From: Gammaproteobacteria bacterium
GTDB taxonomy: Bacteria > Pseudomonadota > Gammaproteobacteria > Steroidobacterales > JBFFHS01
Reading direction: 5' to 3'
NCBI GenBank assembly: GCA_041556855.1
Contig: JBFFHS010000006.1
Location: 819-64,818, forward strand
DNA length: 64,000 nt
Shown here: piece after piece, positions 38,065 to 46,099 of the stretch
Layout: each line of letters opens with the position of its first letter
How positions within the stretch are numbered: position 1 is the stretch's first letter
Program-made: the position numbers and the translations under genes
Notes under the pieces: model-generated
What the model was told of the DNA's origin: nothing
The model's database searches: none
What the model saw: the letters and a program-made list of their open reading frames with translations, nothing else

Positions 38065-38529
38065 ATGTCCCGCGCGCTGACCGGCTGGTATGATCCGGGC
38101 CTCCTGGGCAGCCAGAAAGCCGAGCTGACGGGTGAGGTGGAGATCGCAGAGCTGGGGCGTTTGCGGGATCTTCTGGACTCGGTCCGCGGTGCTGTCACCG
38201 CTCGGTTTCGGTTCGATGAGCGGCCGGGACAGGGCGTGACGGTGCAGATTGATTACGAGGCGGTGTTGCGCGTGGTGTGCCAACGCTGTCTGGAACCATT
38301 TACAATAACCCTGGCCGAGCGCAGTTTGCTGGCCGTCATCGAGCCGGGCGGTTCGGAAGATTACGCGCCGGAGGGCTACGAGCCGCTGCTTTTGGAAGAA
38401 ACCAGGTTGCAGCCGGTCGCCCTGCTGGAAGACGAGTTGATTATGGCGTTGCCGCTCGTGCCGCGCCATGCCGATGAAAAGGATTGTGGCACGCTCGCCG
38501 AGCGCGTCACCGGGTTGGCCAGCGATTGA
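38065..38529 (+). CDS. yceD: YceD/DUF177 family protein (23S rRNA accumulation protein)
   Basis: A 154-aa acidic protein with the CxRC motif (VCQRCLEPF) lies immediately upstream of rpmF. Confidence 0.85.
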   Translation: MSRALTGWYDPGLLGSQKAELTGEVEIAELGRLRDLLDSVRGAVTARFRFDERPGQGVTVQIDYEAVLRVVCQRCLEPFTITLAERSLLAVIEPGGSEDYAPEGYEPLLLEETRLQPVALLEDELIMALPLVPRHADEKDCGTLAERVTGLASD

Positions 38530-38577
38530 CCTCGGCTCACAGTTCACAAGGGCGCCGAGAGCTTTAGGAGAAATGCC

Positions 38578-38766
38578 ATGGCTGTTCAAAAGAGCCGCAA
38601 GACGCCTTCCCGACGCGGTATGCGGCGGGCTCACGATGCGCTGAAAAAGCCTGCCCTGTCTATCGACCAGACTACCGGGGAGACTCACCTGCGCCACCAC
38701 ATTTCAGCGGACGGCTACTATCGTGGCCGTAAAATTGTCGAAGTGGCTCAGGACGAGGACGAATAG
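38578..38766 (+). CDS. rpmF: 50S ribosomal protein L32
   Basis: [22 protein letters not shown] is present, with an AGGAG RBS upstream. Confidence 0.97.
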   Translation: MAVQKSRKTPSRRGMRRAHDALKKPALSIDQTTGETHLRHHISADGYYRGRKIVEVAQDEDE

Positions 38767-38824
38767 TCTTCTCCGGCGGCACCTGGCCGCCCGCCAGCCA
38801 AGCCCTAATTAAGGCCGGGTTTTC

Positions 38825-39853
38825 ATGAGTCGCAAAGTCACCATTGCGCTTGACGCTATGGGGGGTGATCGTGGTTCCGCCGTCGCGGTGCCGGCGGCGT
38901 TGGCAGTCCTCGCCAAGGATGATTCGGTCAGTCTGATTCTGGTGGGGCAGAGTCATATCGTGGAGGCGGCGCGTCGTGAAGCCGGCGACGAGTACGGCAC
39001 CCGCCTGAAATTCCGCATTGCCAACGACGTGGTGTCCATGGATGAGCCGCCCCGGGAGGCGCTGCGCAAGAAAAAAGATTCATCCATGCGGGTGGCGATC
39101 GAGTTGGTGAAGGCGCAGGAGGCGGATGCCTGTGTCAGTGCCGGCAACACCGGTGCCCTGATGGCTACCGCCCGTTACGTGCTGAAGATGCTCCCGGGGA
39201 TTGACCGCCCAGCCATCATCGCGGCGGTGCCCAGCCTGACCGGGCGGACCTTCATGCTTGATCTGGGCGCTAACGTAGGTTGCAGCGCTGAGCATCTCCG
39301 TCAGTTTGCCCTGATGGGTTCTGTCGTCGCCGGCGATATCCTGGAGATCGACAATCCACGCGTGGGCCTGCTGAATATCGGTGAAGAGGACATTAAGGGC
39401 AACGAGGTTGTGCGCGAAGCCGGCGAGCTGTTGTCCCGGGGCCATCTTAACTACGTTGGTTTTGTAGAGGGGGACGACATCTTCTCAGGCATCGTCGATG
39501 TGGTGGTCAGCGATGGCTTCAGTGGCAACGTCGCGATCAAGACCATGGAGGGTCTGGCTACCGTGATCGGCACGTTTCTCAAGGAGGAATTTTCGGCTGG
39601 CGCCGTGCGGCGGCTGCAGGGTCTGATGGCGCTACCGGCTTTGAATGCGCTGCGCGCGCGGCTCGACTACCGCCGTTACAATGGTGCCAGCCTGGTTGGC
39701 TTGAATGGCATCGTCATCAAGAGTCATGGTGGGGCGGATGCCCTGGCATTTGAGATGGCTATCAACACCGCCATCGTAGAGGCTCGCAAGGGCGTACCCG
39801 TGCAGATCGGTCAACTCATCGAGGACGAAGCTTCACAATGTATTCGCGCATAG
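38825..39853 (+). CDS. plsX: phosphate acyltransferase PlsX
   Basis: IALDAMGGDRG, VSAGNTGALMA and GFVEGDDI motifs are present in 342 aa. Confidence 0.96.
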   Translation: MSRKVTIALDAMGGDRGSAVAVPAALAVLAKDDSVSLILVGQSHIVEAARREAGDEYGTRLKFRIANDVVSMDEPPREALRKKKDSSMRVAIELVKAQEADACVSAGNTGALMATARYVLKMLPGIDRPAIIAAVPSLTGRTFMLDLGANVGCSAEHLRQFALMGSVVAGDILEIDNPRVGLLNIGEEDIKGNEVVREAGELLSRGHLNYVGFVEGDDIFSGIVDVVVSDGFSGNVAIKTMEGLATVIGTFLKEEFSAGAVRRLQGLMALPALNALRARLDYRRYNGASLVGLNGIVIKSHGGADALAFEMAINTAIVEARKGVPVQIGQLIEDEASQCIRA

Positions 39854-40800
39854 CCGGCGTCGGTCGTTATCTCCCGGAACGGGTGCTGACCAATTTCGAT
39901 CTGGAGAAGATGGTCGATACCTCCGACGAGTGGATTCGGACGCGCACGGGCATCGAGCGCCGTCATATTGCCGCGGACGATGAGACCACCAGCGACCTGG
40001 CCTACGGCGCTGCGCTCAAGGCTATTGAGGATGCGGGCGTAGACCGGTCCGAAATTGATTTCATCGTTGTCGGCACAACCACGCCGGACGTGGTGTTTCC
40101 CAACGTGGGCACCATTGTGCAGGAGCGACTGGGACTGCATGGGATGGCTGCTTTCAGCGTGGAAGCCGCCTGCAGCGGCTTTGTGTACGCGCTCAGCATT
40201 GCCGATAGCTTTGTCCGTGGCGGGCAGGCGCGCTGTGCGCTGGTTATCGGCGCGGAGACCCTGTCACGCATCACAGATTGGACGGAGCGTGAAACCTGTG
40301 TGCTGTTTGGCGACGGCGCAGGTGCGGTGATTCTCCAACCCGCCGATGAGCCCGGCATCATCTCCAGCCACCTGGGAGCTAACGGCAAATACCGAGATTT
40401 GCTCTACTTCCCCTCGGGCGCCTCAAAGCTGCCCGAGGACCCCACGACTCGGGACTATCTGAGCATGCGGGGTAACGAAGTCTTTAAAGTTGCGGTGAAG
40501 ACACTGGAGAACATGGTGGACGAGGTGCTGGCCCATAATGATCTGGAGCAGGGCGCCATCGATTGGCTGATCCCTCATCAGGCCAATATCCGTATCATCC
40601 AGGCCACCGCCAAGCGGCTAAAGCTACCCATGGAACGGGTCATCCTGACAGTACAGGATCACGGCAACACATCGGCCGCGTCTGTGCCCATGGCGTTGGA
40701 TGTGGCGGTGAAGGATGGCCGCATCCGGCGCGGCGATCTGCTGCTGCTGGAGGCTTTTGGTGGCGGATTTACCTGGGGTGCGAATCTGGTGCGTTTTTAG
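39838..40800 (+). CDS. fabH: 3-oxoacyl-ACP synthase III
   Basis: The active-site context AACSGFVYALSIAD, plus HQAN and GNTSAAS motifs, are present in 320 aa. Confidence 0.96.
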   Translation: MYSRIAGVGRYLPERVLTNFDLEKMVDTSDEWIRTRTGIERRHIAADDETTSDLAYGAALKAIEDAGVDRSEIDFIVVGTTTPDVVFPNVGTIVQERLGLHGMAAFSVEAACSGFVYALSIADSFVRGGQARCALVIGAETLSRITDWTERETCVLFGDGAGAVILQPADEPGIISSHLGANGKYRDLLYFPSGASKLPEDPTTRDYLSMRGNEVFKVAVKTLENMVDEVLAHNDLEQGAIDWLIPHQANIRIIQATAKRLKLPMERVILTVQDHGNTSAASVPMALDVAVKDGRIRRGDLLLLEAFGGGFTWGANLVRF

Positions 40801-40821
40801 CGCCCTGCACCAACTGCAAGT

Positions 40822-41373
40822 CTAAAATACCCCTTTGCCCCCGTGCTCGCGGTCGCGGCGTCTGCGGCGATTGGCGCGATCCAGGAGTTCTTTGCGCCGT
40901 GCCTTGATCCGCGCGGCCCGAGTAACCGCATCGCGGCCGATCTTGTGGCGCTTGTAGTAGGTCTCTCGATAATGACGGAAGTCTTCGAATGCCTCGAGGT
41001 CGTGATGCAGGTCACGAAAGATCAACTCAATCATGATAGCGTCGTCAAGGAGTCCGAGACCCGGGATCACGTCTGGGATGAGATCATCCGGATCGCAAAA
41101 ATATGCTAGCACGCTCAATACCTTATGGCGTTGCGACTTGGGCAGAGCCCAGTCCTCGTCGCGTACCATACCGATCAGCGTCTCAAGGCGGGGCAGGCGT
41201 TCGCCAATGAAGTCGGGCGCTTCATCCTTGATGATAGCGGCAAGGGCCTTTTCGGCCGCGGCCAGGATATCGTTGGTGGCAACGCCGGCGACCCGGCGGC
41301 GGGCCCGGCGCATTTCAGCTCGAAATCGCTGCAGATCCCGGGGGCCGATCTCAAAGACGACGCGAATAGTCAT
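40822..41373 (-). CDS. DUF1232 (YkvA-like) domain protein with basic C-terminal tail
   Basis: YFCDPDDLIPDVIPGLGLLDDAIMIELIF is the DUF1232 signature. The start is taken at MTIRVVFEIG (ATG 41373). Confidence 0.65.
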   Translation of the reverse strand: MTIRVVFEIGPRDLQRFRAEMRRARRRVAGVATNDILAAAEKALAAIIKDEAPDFIGERLPRLETLIGMVRDEDWALPKSQRHKVLSVLAYFCDPDDLIPDVIPGLGLLDDAIMIELIFRDLHHDLEAFEDFRHYRETYYKRHKIGRDAVTRAARIKARRKELLDRANRRRRRDREHGGKGVF

Positions 41374-41454
41374 GGACGGGTTCTCCTGGGGGGCGGAGCA
41401 TAGCACAGGCGCCGGGGCTCAACCTTTTTCATCTCAACTGCGTATAATCGGGCT

Positions 41455-42453
41455 ATGTGTATGAAAAATAAGCCTCGCTCAATGTTTCGAGTGTGCCTCC
41501 TGGCGGTGCTCAGTGGGCTCGGGGCGTGGCCGGCGGTCGCGGTTGAATTTCTGCTGCCGGACGGGCAGGCGGAACTCGTAGGTGTGGTCAGTGAGGTCGT
41601 GGCCCGCTATGAGGATACGCTGTCAGACTTGGCCCGAGCCCACGGTGTGGGTTTCGATGAGATTGCCCTGGCGAATCCGGGCGTAGATCCCTGGTTGCCG
41701 GGTGAAGGCACCGCTGTCGTTTTGCCGACCCGCTTTCTGCTGCCGCGAGCCCCCCGGGAGGGTATCGTGATCAATCTCCCGGAGTTGCGGCTTTACTACT
41801 ATCCACCGAATGACGGTGACGAGGCCCGGGTGATCACCTTTCCCATCAGCATCGGCCGCATGGACTGGAATACCCCACTGGGCCGCGCGCAAGTGGTCAG
41901 CAAGGTCACGGATCCGAGCTGGTATCCGCCGGAGTCCATTCGCGAGGAGCACGCTGCCGAAAACCGGATTTTGCCCAGGATCGTGCCGCCAGGGCCGGAC
42001 AATCCCCTGGGCCGTCATGCGATGCGGCTCAGCCTGCCGGGCTACCTGATTCATGGCACCAATCGGCCGGCTGGTGTTGGGATGCGTGTCACTCACGGGT
42101 GCATCCGGATGTATCCGGAGGATATCGCGGCCCTTTTTAAAATGATCCCAGTGGGTACATCGGTACGTATTGTCAACCAGCCCTATAAGCTGGGGTGGGG
42201 CGGCGACGGTCTTTATCTGGAGGCGCATCCGCCGCTGCATGAGGAACGGGACGATGACAAGTGGACACCCACGGCCATAACCCGGCTGTTGGTGGAGGCT
42301 ACCGCAGAGCGATCTACCCGCCTGGACTGGGATCTGGCCGAGACCGTATTTCGTACGACCTCGGGTATACCCGCCCCTATCTCAAAAGCCGAGCGCGCGG
42401 AAGCCGAGCGCAGCGATAACCGACCGCTGCAGCTGGTCGAGCTGTCCTATTAA
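41455..42453 (+). CDS. periplasmic L,D-transpeptidase with LysM and YkuD domains (ErfK/YbiS/YcfS-like)
   Basis: A signal peptide (FRVCLLAVLSGLGAWPAVA), a LysM-like region (YEDTLSDLARAHGVGFDEIALANPGV) and the catalytic LIHGTNRPAGVGMRVTHGCIRMYPEDI are present. Confidence 0.85.
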   Translation: MCMKNKPRSMFRVCLLAVLSGLGAWPAVAVEFLLPDGQAELVGVVSEVVARYEDTLSDLARAHGVGFDEIALANPGVDPWLPGEGTAVVLPTRFLLPRAPREGIVINLPELRLYYYPPNDGDEARVITFPISIGRMDWNTPLGRAQVVSKVTDPSWYPPESIREEHAAENRILPRIVPPGPDNPLGRHAMRLSLPGYLIHGTNRPAGVGMRVTHGCIRMYPEDIAALFKMIPVGTSVRIVNQPYKLGWGGDGLYLEAHPPLHEERDDDKWTPTAITRLLVEATAERSTRLDWDLAETVFRTTSGIPAPISKAERAEAERSDNRPLQLVELSY

Positions 42454-42472
42454 ACACGCTCATCGCGTGGGC

Positions 42473-42510
42473 AAAAAAAAACGCCGTCGGCCTGGGCCAA
42501 CGGCGTTTTG
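42473..42510. terminator. bidirectional rho-independent terminator between the convergent ldt and lpp-like genes
   Basis: An A-run (42473-42480), the stem ACGCCGT-c-GGCC-tg-GGCC-a-ACGGCGT (42481-42506) and TTTT (42506-42509) form a hairpin flanked by A and T tracts. It can therefore terminate transcription from either strand. Confidence 0.7.
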
Positions 42511-42529
42511 AAATCGGTATATCGGGTAG

Positions 42530-42847
42530 TTATTTCGACATCGACCTCTGGAACATGCGGTCGATCTTCTCATTAGTCGCATCACAGCAAGCCTGGCTGG
42601 CATTGGCTGCTGACAGAGCCTGATTGGCCGTGCTCTGAGCGCCGGAAGCCATCTGACGGGCTTCGTTGGCGGCCCGCTCGGCAGCACTGGCGGCACTGGC
42701 GGCGGCAGTCGCATCGCTGGCCGCTTTCTCGGCAGTGGCACGCACAGCGTCCAGTTGCTCTTGGGTGATAGTGGCACAACCTGATGCGATCGCCACGCAG
42801 GCTGTCAATGCGCCTACCTTCAAGGCGGTCTGCAGTTTGTTGGTCAT
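42530..42847 (-). CDS. OprI/Lpp-like alanine-zipper outer-membrane lipoprotein with C-terminal Lys
   Basis: MTNKLQTALKVGALTACVAIASGC has a lipobox. It is followed by an Ala-rich helical repeat and a C-terminus ...EKIDRMFQRSMSK that resembles the OprI ...RMLEKASRK and Lpp ...YRK ends. AGGGGA lies upstream of ATG 42847. Confidence 0.7.
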   Translation of the reverse strand: MTNKLQTALKVGALTACVAIASGCATITQEQLDAVRATAEKAASDATAAASAASAAERAANEARQMASGAQSTANQALSAANASQACCDATNEKIDRMFQRSMSK

Positions 42848-43129
42848 TAGCTGTTCCCCTGAGTGAGAATTGAAACGAGCGCAATTATTTCCCAAAGCGG
42901 TCGCTACTGCAATGAGTAGCTTCTTTGGAATCAATGTTTTGCATTTTGATCATGGGCCAGCGGGAGTGGCTTGGCAATGTGTCGTTAGCGAGCGACAGGC
43001 GCTAAGGGCAATACCGAGCTATTGACAGGGAGCAGGGCGGGGGAATTTTGCCGTGGGCAGTCTATTTCAGCACCCTTAAAAAAGGTGTGAAGCAGCGGGT
43101 ATCCAGAGATTGGGAGGTTGCGGCTGCGC

Positions 43130-43160
43130 TTGACGCTAAACGACGAGGGCTGTATATAAT
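43130..43160 (+). promoter_or_regulatory. candidate sigma-70 promoter of lexA
   Basis: TTGACG (43130-43135), a 17-nt spacer and TATATA (43153-43158) are present; alternatively TATAAT at 43155-43160. The -10 region is embedded in SOS box 1. Confidence 0.55.
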
Positions 43161-43165
43161 AACAG
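43150..43165 (+). promoter_or_regulatory. LexA operator (SOS box 1)
   Basis: CTGTATATAATAACAG is an exact match to the gammaproteobacterial CTGT-N8-ACAG consensus. Confidence 0.85.
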
Positions 43166-43168
43166 ATA

Positions 43169-43184
43169 CTGTTAATAAGTACAG
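43169..43184 (+). promoter_or_regulatory. LexA operator (SOS box 2)
   Basis: CTGTTAATAAGTACAG is also an exact CTGT-N8-ACAG match, lying 3 nt after box 1 and 12 nt before the lexA ATG. The tandem boxes resemble those of E. coli lexA. Confidence 0.85.
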
Positions 43185-43195
43185 GTATTGACCAG

Positions 43196-43807
43196 ATGCC
43201 GGAATTGACGCCTCGACAGAACCAAATACTTTCATTAATACAGGATGTTATAAACGAAACCGGACGTCCTCCAACGCGCGCCGAGATTGCCCAGCACCTG
43301 GGTTTTCGATCAGTGAATGCGGCCGAGGAGCATTTGCGTGCTCTGCAGCGTAAAGGCGTTTTGGAGCTGATTCCTGGCTCTTCCCGGGGGATCAAGCTCA
43401 AGGACTCGCTGCGTGAGCAGCTGGGCTTACCGTTGGTAGGTCAGGTTGCTGCCGGACAGCCGATCCTGGCGGAACAGCATATCGAGGCGCACTACCGGGT
43501 CGATCCGCAGATTTTTGCTGACAAGCCCCATTATCTGCTGCGCGTGCGGGGCATGAGTATGAAGGATGTAGGCATTCTGGATGGTGATCTGGTTGCAGTG
43601 CATCGCACACCGGAAGTGCGTAATCGTCAGATTGTCGTCGCTCGCCTTGAAGATGAAGTCACCGTCAAGCGCTACCGGCAGGAGGGGCATTGGGTCTGGT
43701 TATTGCCAGAGAATCCGGAATTTGCGCCTATCCGCGTTGATCTGCGTCAACAACCGTTAACCATCGAGGGCGTGGTTGTCGGAGTGGTTCGCGACTCGGT
43801 GATGTAA
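43196..43807 (+). CDS. lexA: LexA repressor
   Basis: [51 protein letters not shown] (wHTH), the cleavage site VAAGQP, and the S24 peptidase Ser/Lys context (VRGMSMKD...VTVKR) are present. Confidence 0.96.
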   Translation: MPELTPRQNQILSLIQDVINETGRPPTRAEIAQHLGFRSVNAAEEHLRALQRKGVLELIPGSSRGIKLKDSLREQLGLPLVGQVAAGQPILAEQHIEAHYRVDPQIFADKPHYLLRVRGMSMKDVGILDGDLVAVHRTPEVRNRQIVVARLEDEVTVKRYRQEGHWVWLLPENPEFAPIRVDLRQQPLTIEGVVVGVVRDSVM

Positions 43808-43889
43808 TTCAGGGCGGTTTTTATGCAGAGAGTGGCTGTGACCAATGCATCAATCGGACTAAGCCCCCGCTTAACGGCCGCTCCTGCAA

Positions 43890-44558
43890 GTGAGGCCATC
43901 AAAAGTGGACATCGAAGAACTCTTACAAGATCCACGCATCTGGAGCGCTAGAACCAGCCAAATCCAGTGGCGCGGCGGCGTTCTGGCAACCGGTATCGAT
44001 CCTTTGGATAACGCTTTGCCGGGCGGCGGTTGGCCCCTGGGTGCGCTGACTGAAGTGTTCCTGGATCACTATGGGATTGGTGAGCTGAAGCTACTAATGC
44101 CGGCTTTAGCAGCTTTAAGCCGGCAGCCGACTACTGATGAAGCGTTATCCGGTTGGATCGCCTGGATTGCGCCACCGTTCGTGCCCTATGCGCCGGCACT
44201 GGCCAGCTATGGCGTGGATTTAAGTCGCGTGCTGCTGGTGCATCCCAACGCCAACGCAAAAGATTGTCTATGGGCCACAGAACAAGCGTTGCGCTCCGGT
44301 TCCTGCGCTGCCGTACTTGCCTGGGTTGACCAGGCTGACGATACCGCATTACGCCGCCTGCAACTCGCTGCGGAGGAGGGTGGATGTTGGGGCATCATCT
44401 TTCGACCTGCTCAAAGCGTCCATCAGAACTCTCCTGCCGCGTTACGGCTTAAATTGAGCGCAAGCGCTCAAGGCGTGGATGTTCAGATTTTGAAATGCAG
44501 GGGAGGCTACCCGCGCATTGTTGCTGGAATCCGGCTTTGTCCCGCAAGCGTGGATTAA
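43890..44558 (+). CDS. imuA: ImuA (SulA/RecA-like translesion synthesis accessory protein)
   Basis: ATGIDPLDNALPGGGWPLGALTEVF and the later LRRLQLAAEEGGCWGIIFRP resemble ImuA proteins. It sits between lexA and imuB-dnaE2. Confidence 0.8.
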   Translation: MRPSKVDIEELLQDPRIWSARTSQIQWRGGVLATGIDPLDNALPGGGWPLGALTEVFLDHYGIGELKLLMPALAALSRQPTTDEALSGWIAWIAPPFVPYAPALASYGVDLSRVLLVHPNANAKDCLWATEQALRSGSCAAVLAWVDQADDTALRRLQLAAEEGGCWGIIFRPAQSVHQNSPAALRLKLSASAQGVDVQILKCRGGYPRIVAGIRLCPASVD

Positions 44559-44668
44559 GTGTTCCAGCTGGGGCCCTTTCTCTTTTCCCCGGACAGCCCA
44601 AGGCGCCCGCTGCACTTAAGTCAGCGCAGCTTAGCCTGCGTGACTCGGCTTCGGGGAAAAAACTCTGG

Positions 44669-46099
44669 TTGGCGCTGACCTTTCCAGATCTGCCCCTGCG
44701 AGCTCTGATCAGGCATCCCGGTGAGCCCACAGCGGTGGTTGAGACCCAGGGTGGCCAGTGCCGCATTCTGCGGTCTGATCCGTCTGCTGCCGCGCTGGGC
44801 GTTCTGCCGGGGCTCAAGCTGAACGCCGCTTATGTGCTGGTACCCCAACTGGAAGTCCATGCCCGGGAGCGACGCCGGGAAACGCGTCTGCTGGAATTTC
44901 TTGCCGGCTGGGCAAGACGTTTTACCTCTTTAGTCAGTCTGGAAAGGCCCGATGCACTGCTGCTGGAGGTGGGTGGCAGTCTGCGACTGTTCGGTGGCTT
45001 ACAGGCACTTGAGAGTCGGCTGCGGCAGAGTCTTGAGCGCTGGCAGCTGAGCTACCAACTTGCCGTAGCACCCTATTCCCGTGCTGCGCTCTGGTTGGCC
45101 CGGGGCGGCGGTTGCAGCGCGGTGTGCGCTGATCAGCTGGTGGGCAACTTGAGCACTCTGACTCTCGCCGTGACCGGCTGGTCTGAGAAACCGCTGCGGA
45201 CGCTTAAGGAAATGGGAATTACCACTGTGGGTGATTGCCTGCGACTACCCCGGGACGGCCTGGCTCGCCGGTTGGGCCCGGAATATGTGCGGGATCTGGA
45301 CCGGGCGTTGGGTAAGCATAGTGATCCGCGACTTGAATTCCGCACGCCCCAACGTCTCACCGCAACGCTGCAGTTTCCCGGAGATGTTGAGCAAGTCACC
45401 GAGTTGCAGGAAGCCAGCGAACAGCTGTTGAGGGAAATGGGTCTGGCATTGCGCGGGCGTCAGGTTGCCGTACGGGAGGTGCGGTTTACATTTCAGCATC
45501 TGCATCACGGGTCCACGGTGACGCGCATCGCGACTTTGGAGCCCAGTTTTTCCACCGCCCGCTTTGCACGGCTGCTCAAAGACAGGTTGGAACAGATCAT
45601 ATTACCCGCACCGGTCATCGCGCTGAGCCTGCGCACCTCCCGCCTGGAGCCGCTGAAGCCCGCTACTGGCCAGTTGTTTAGTCAGCCTGACGGTCGCCGC
45701 TCTGCTGATACGGCAGAGCTCATCGAGTGTCTGCGCAATCGTTTTGGTGCAGAGGCTGTTTACGGATTGTGTCTGGTGCCGGAACATCGCCCCGAGTCGG
45801 CCTGGGCGAAGGTGGATGAAGATCTGGGCCGGGCAGCGCTGGTGCCGCAGGTCAACCTCAGCCGGCCACTGTGGATGCTGCAAAAGCCTGTGCCCTTGGT
45901 AGTGTCTTCGGACGGACCCTGTTACGAGGGTGCGCTGTCGCTTAAGCAGGGGCCGGAGCGTATCGAGACCGGTTGGTGGGACGGCCGCGATGTGGCCAGA
46001 GACTACTATCACGCCCGCAACCCGGTCGGTATGGATCTTTGGATTTATCGCCAGCGACGCGGTCGTCGGGGCTGGTATTTACATGGCATCTTCGGCTAG
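44669..46099 (+). CDS. imuB: ImuB (Y-family polymerase-like, non-catalytic) protein
   Basis: (K)LWLALTFPDLPLRAL aligns with the MLWACILLPQLAL-type N-terminus of Pseudomonas ImuB (from memory). TTG 44669 is preceded by GGGGAA. In-frame alternatives are TTG 44537 and ATG 44495, both inside imuA. The stop coordinate is certain. Confidence 0.85.
   Translation: MALTFPDLPLRALIRHPGEPTAVVETQGGQCRILRSDPSAAALGVLPGLKLNAAYVLVPQLEVHARERRRETRLLEFLAGWARRFTSLVSLERPDALLLEVGGSLRLFGGLQALESRLRQSLERWQLSYQLAVAPYSRAALWLARGGGCSAVCADQLVGNLSTLTLAVTGWSEKPLRTLKEMGITTVGDCLRLPRDGLARRLGPEYVRDLDRALGKHSDPRLEFRTPQRLTATLQFPGDVEQVTELQEASEQLLREMGLALRGRQVAVREVRFTFQHLHHGSTVTRIATLEPSFSTARFARLLKDRLEQIILPAPVIALSLRTSRLEPLKPATGQLFSQPDGRRSADTAELIECLRNRFGAEAVYGLCLVPEHRPESAWAKVDEDLGRAALVPQVNLSRPLWMLQKPVPLVVSSDGPCYEGALSLKQGPERIETGWWDGRDVARDYYHARNPVGMDLWIYRQRRGRRGWYLHGIFG

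Noticed and set aside
43808-43889. I searched the lexA-imuA gap for an additional SOS box or terminator.
   Set aside because: No CTGT-N8-ACAG match and no GC-stem with a T-run was found by eye, so I assume read-through from the lexA promoter. This needs a computational motif scan to confirm.
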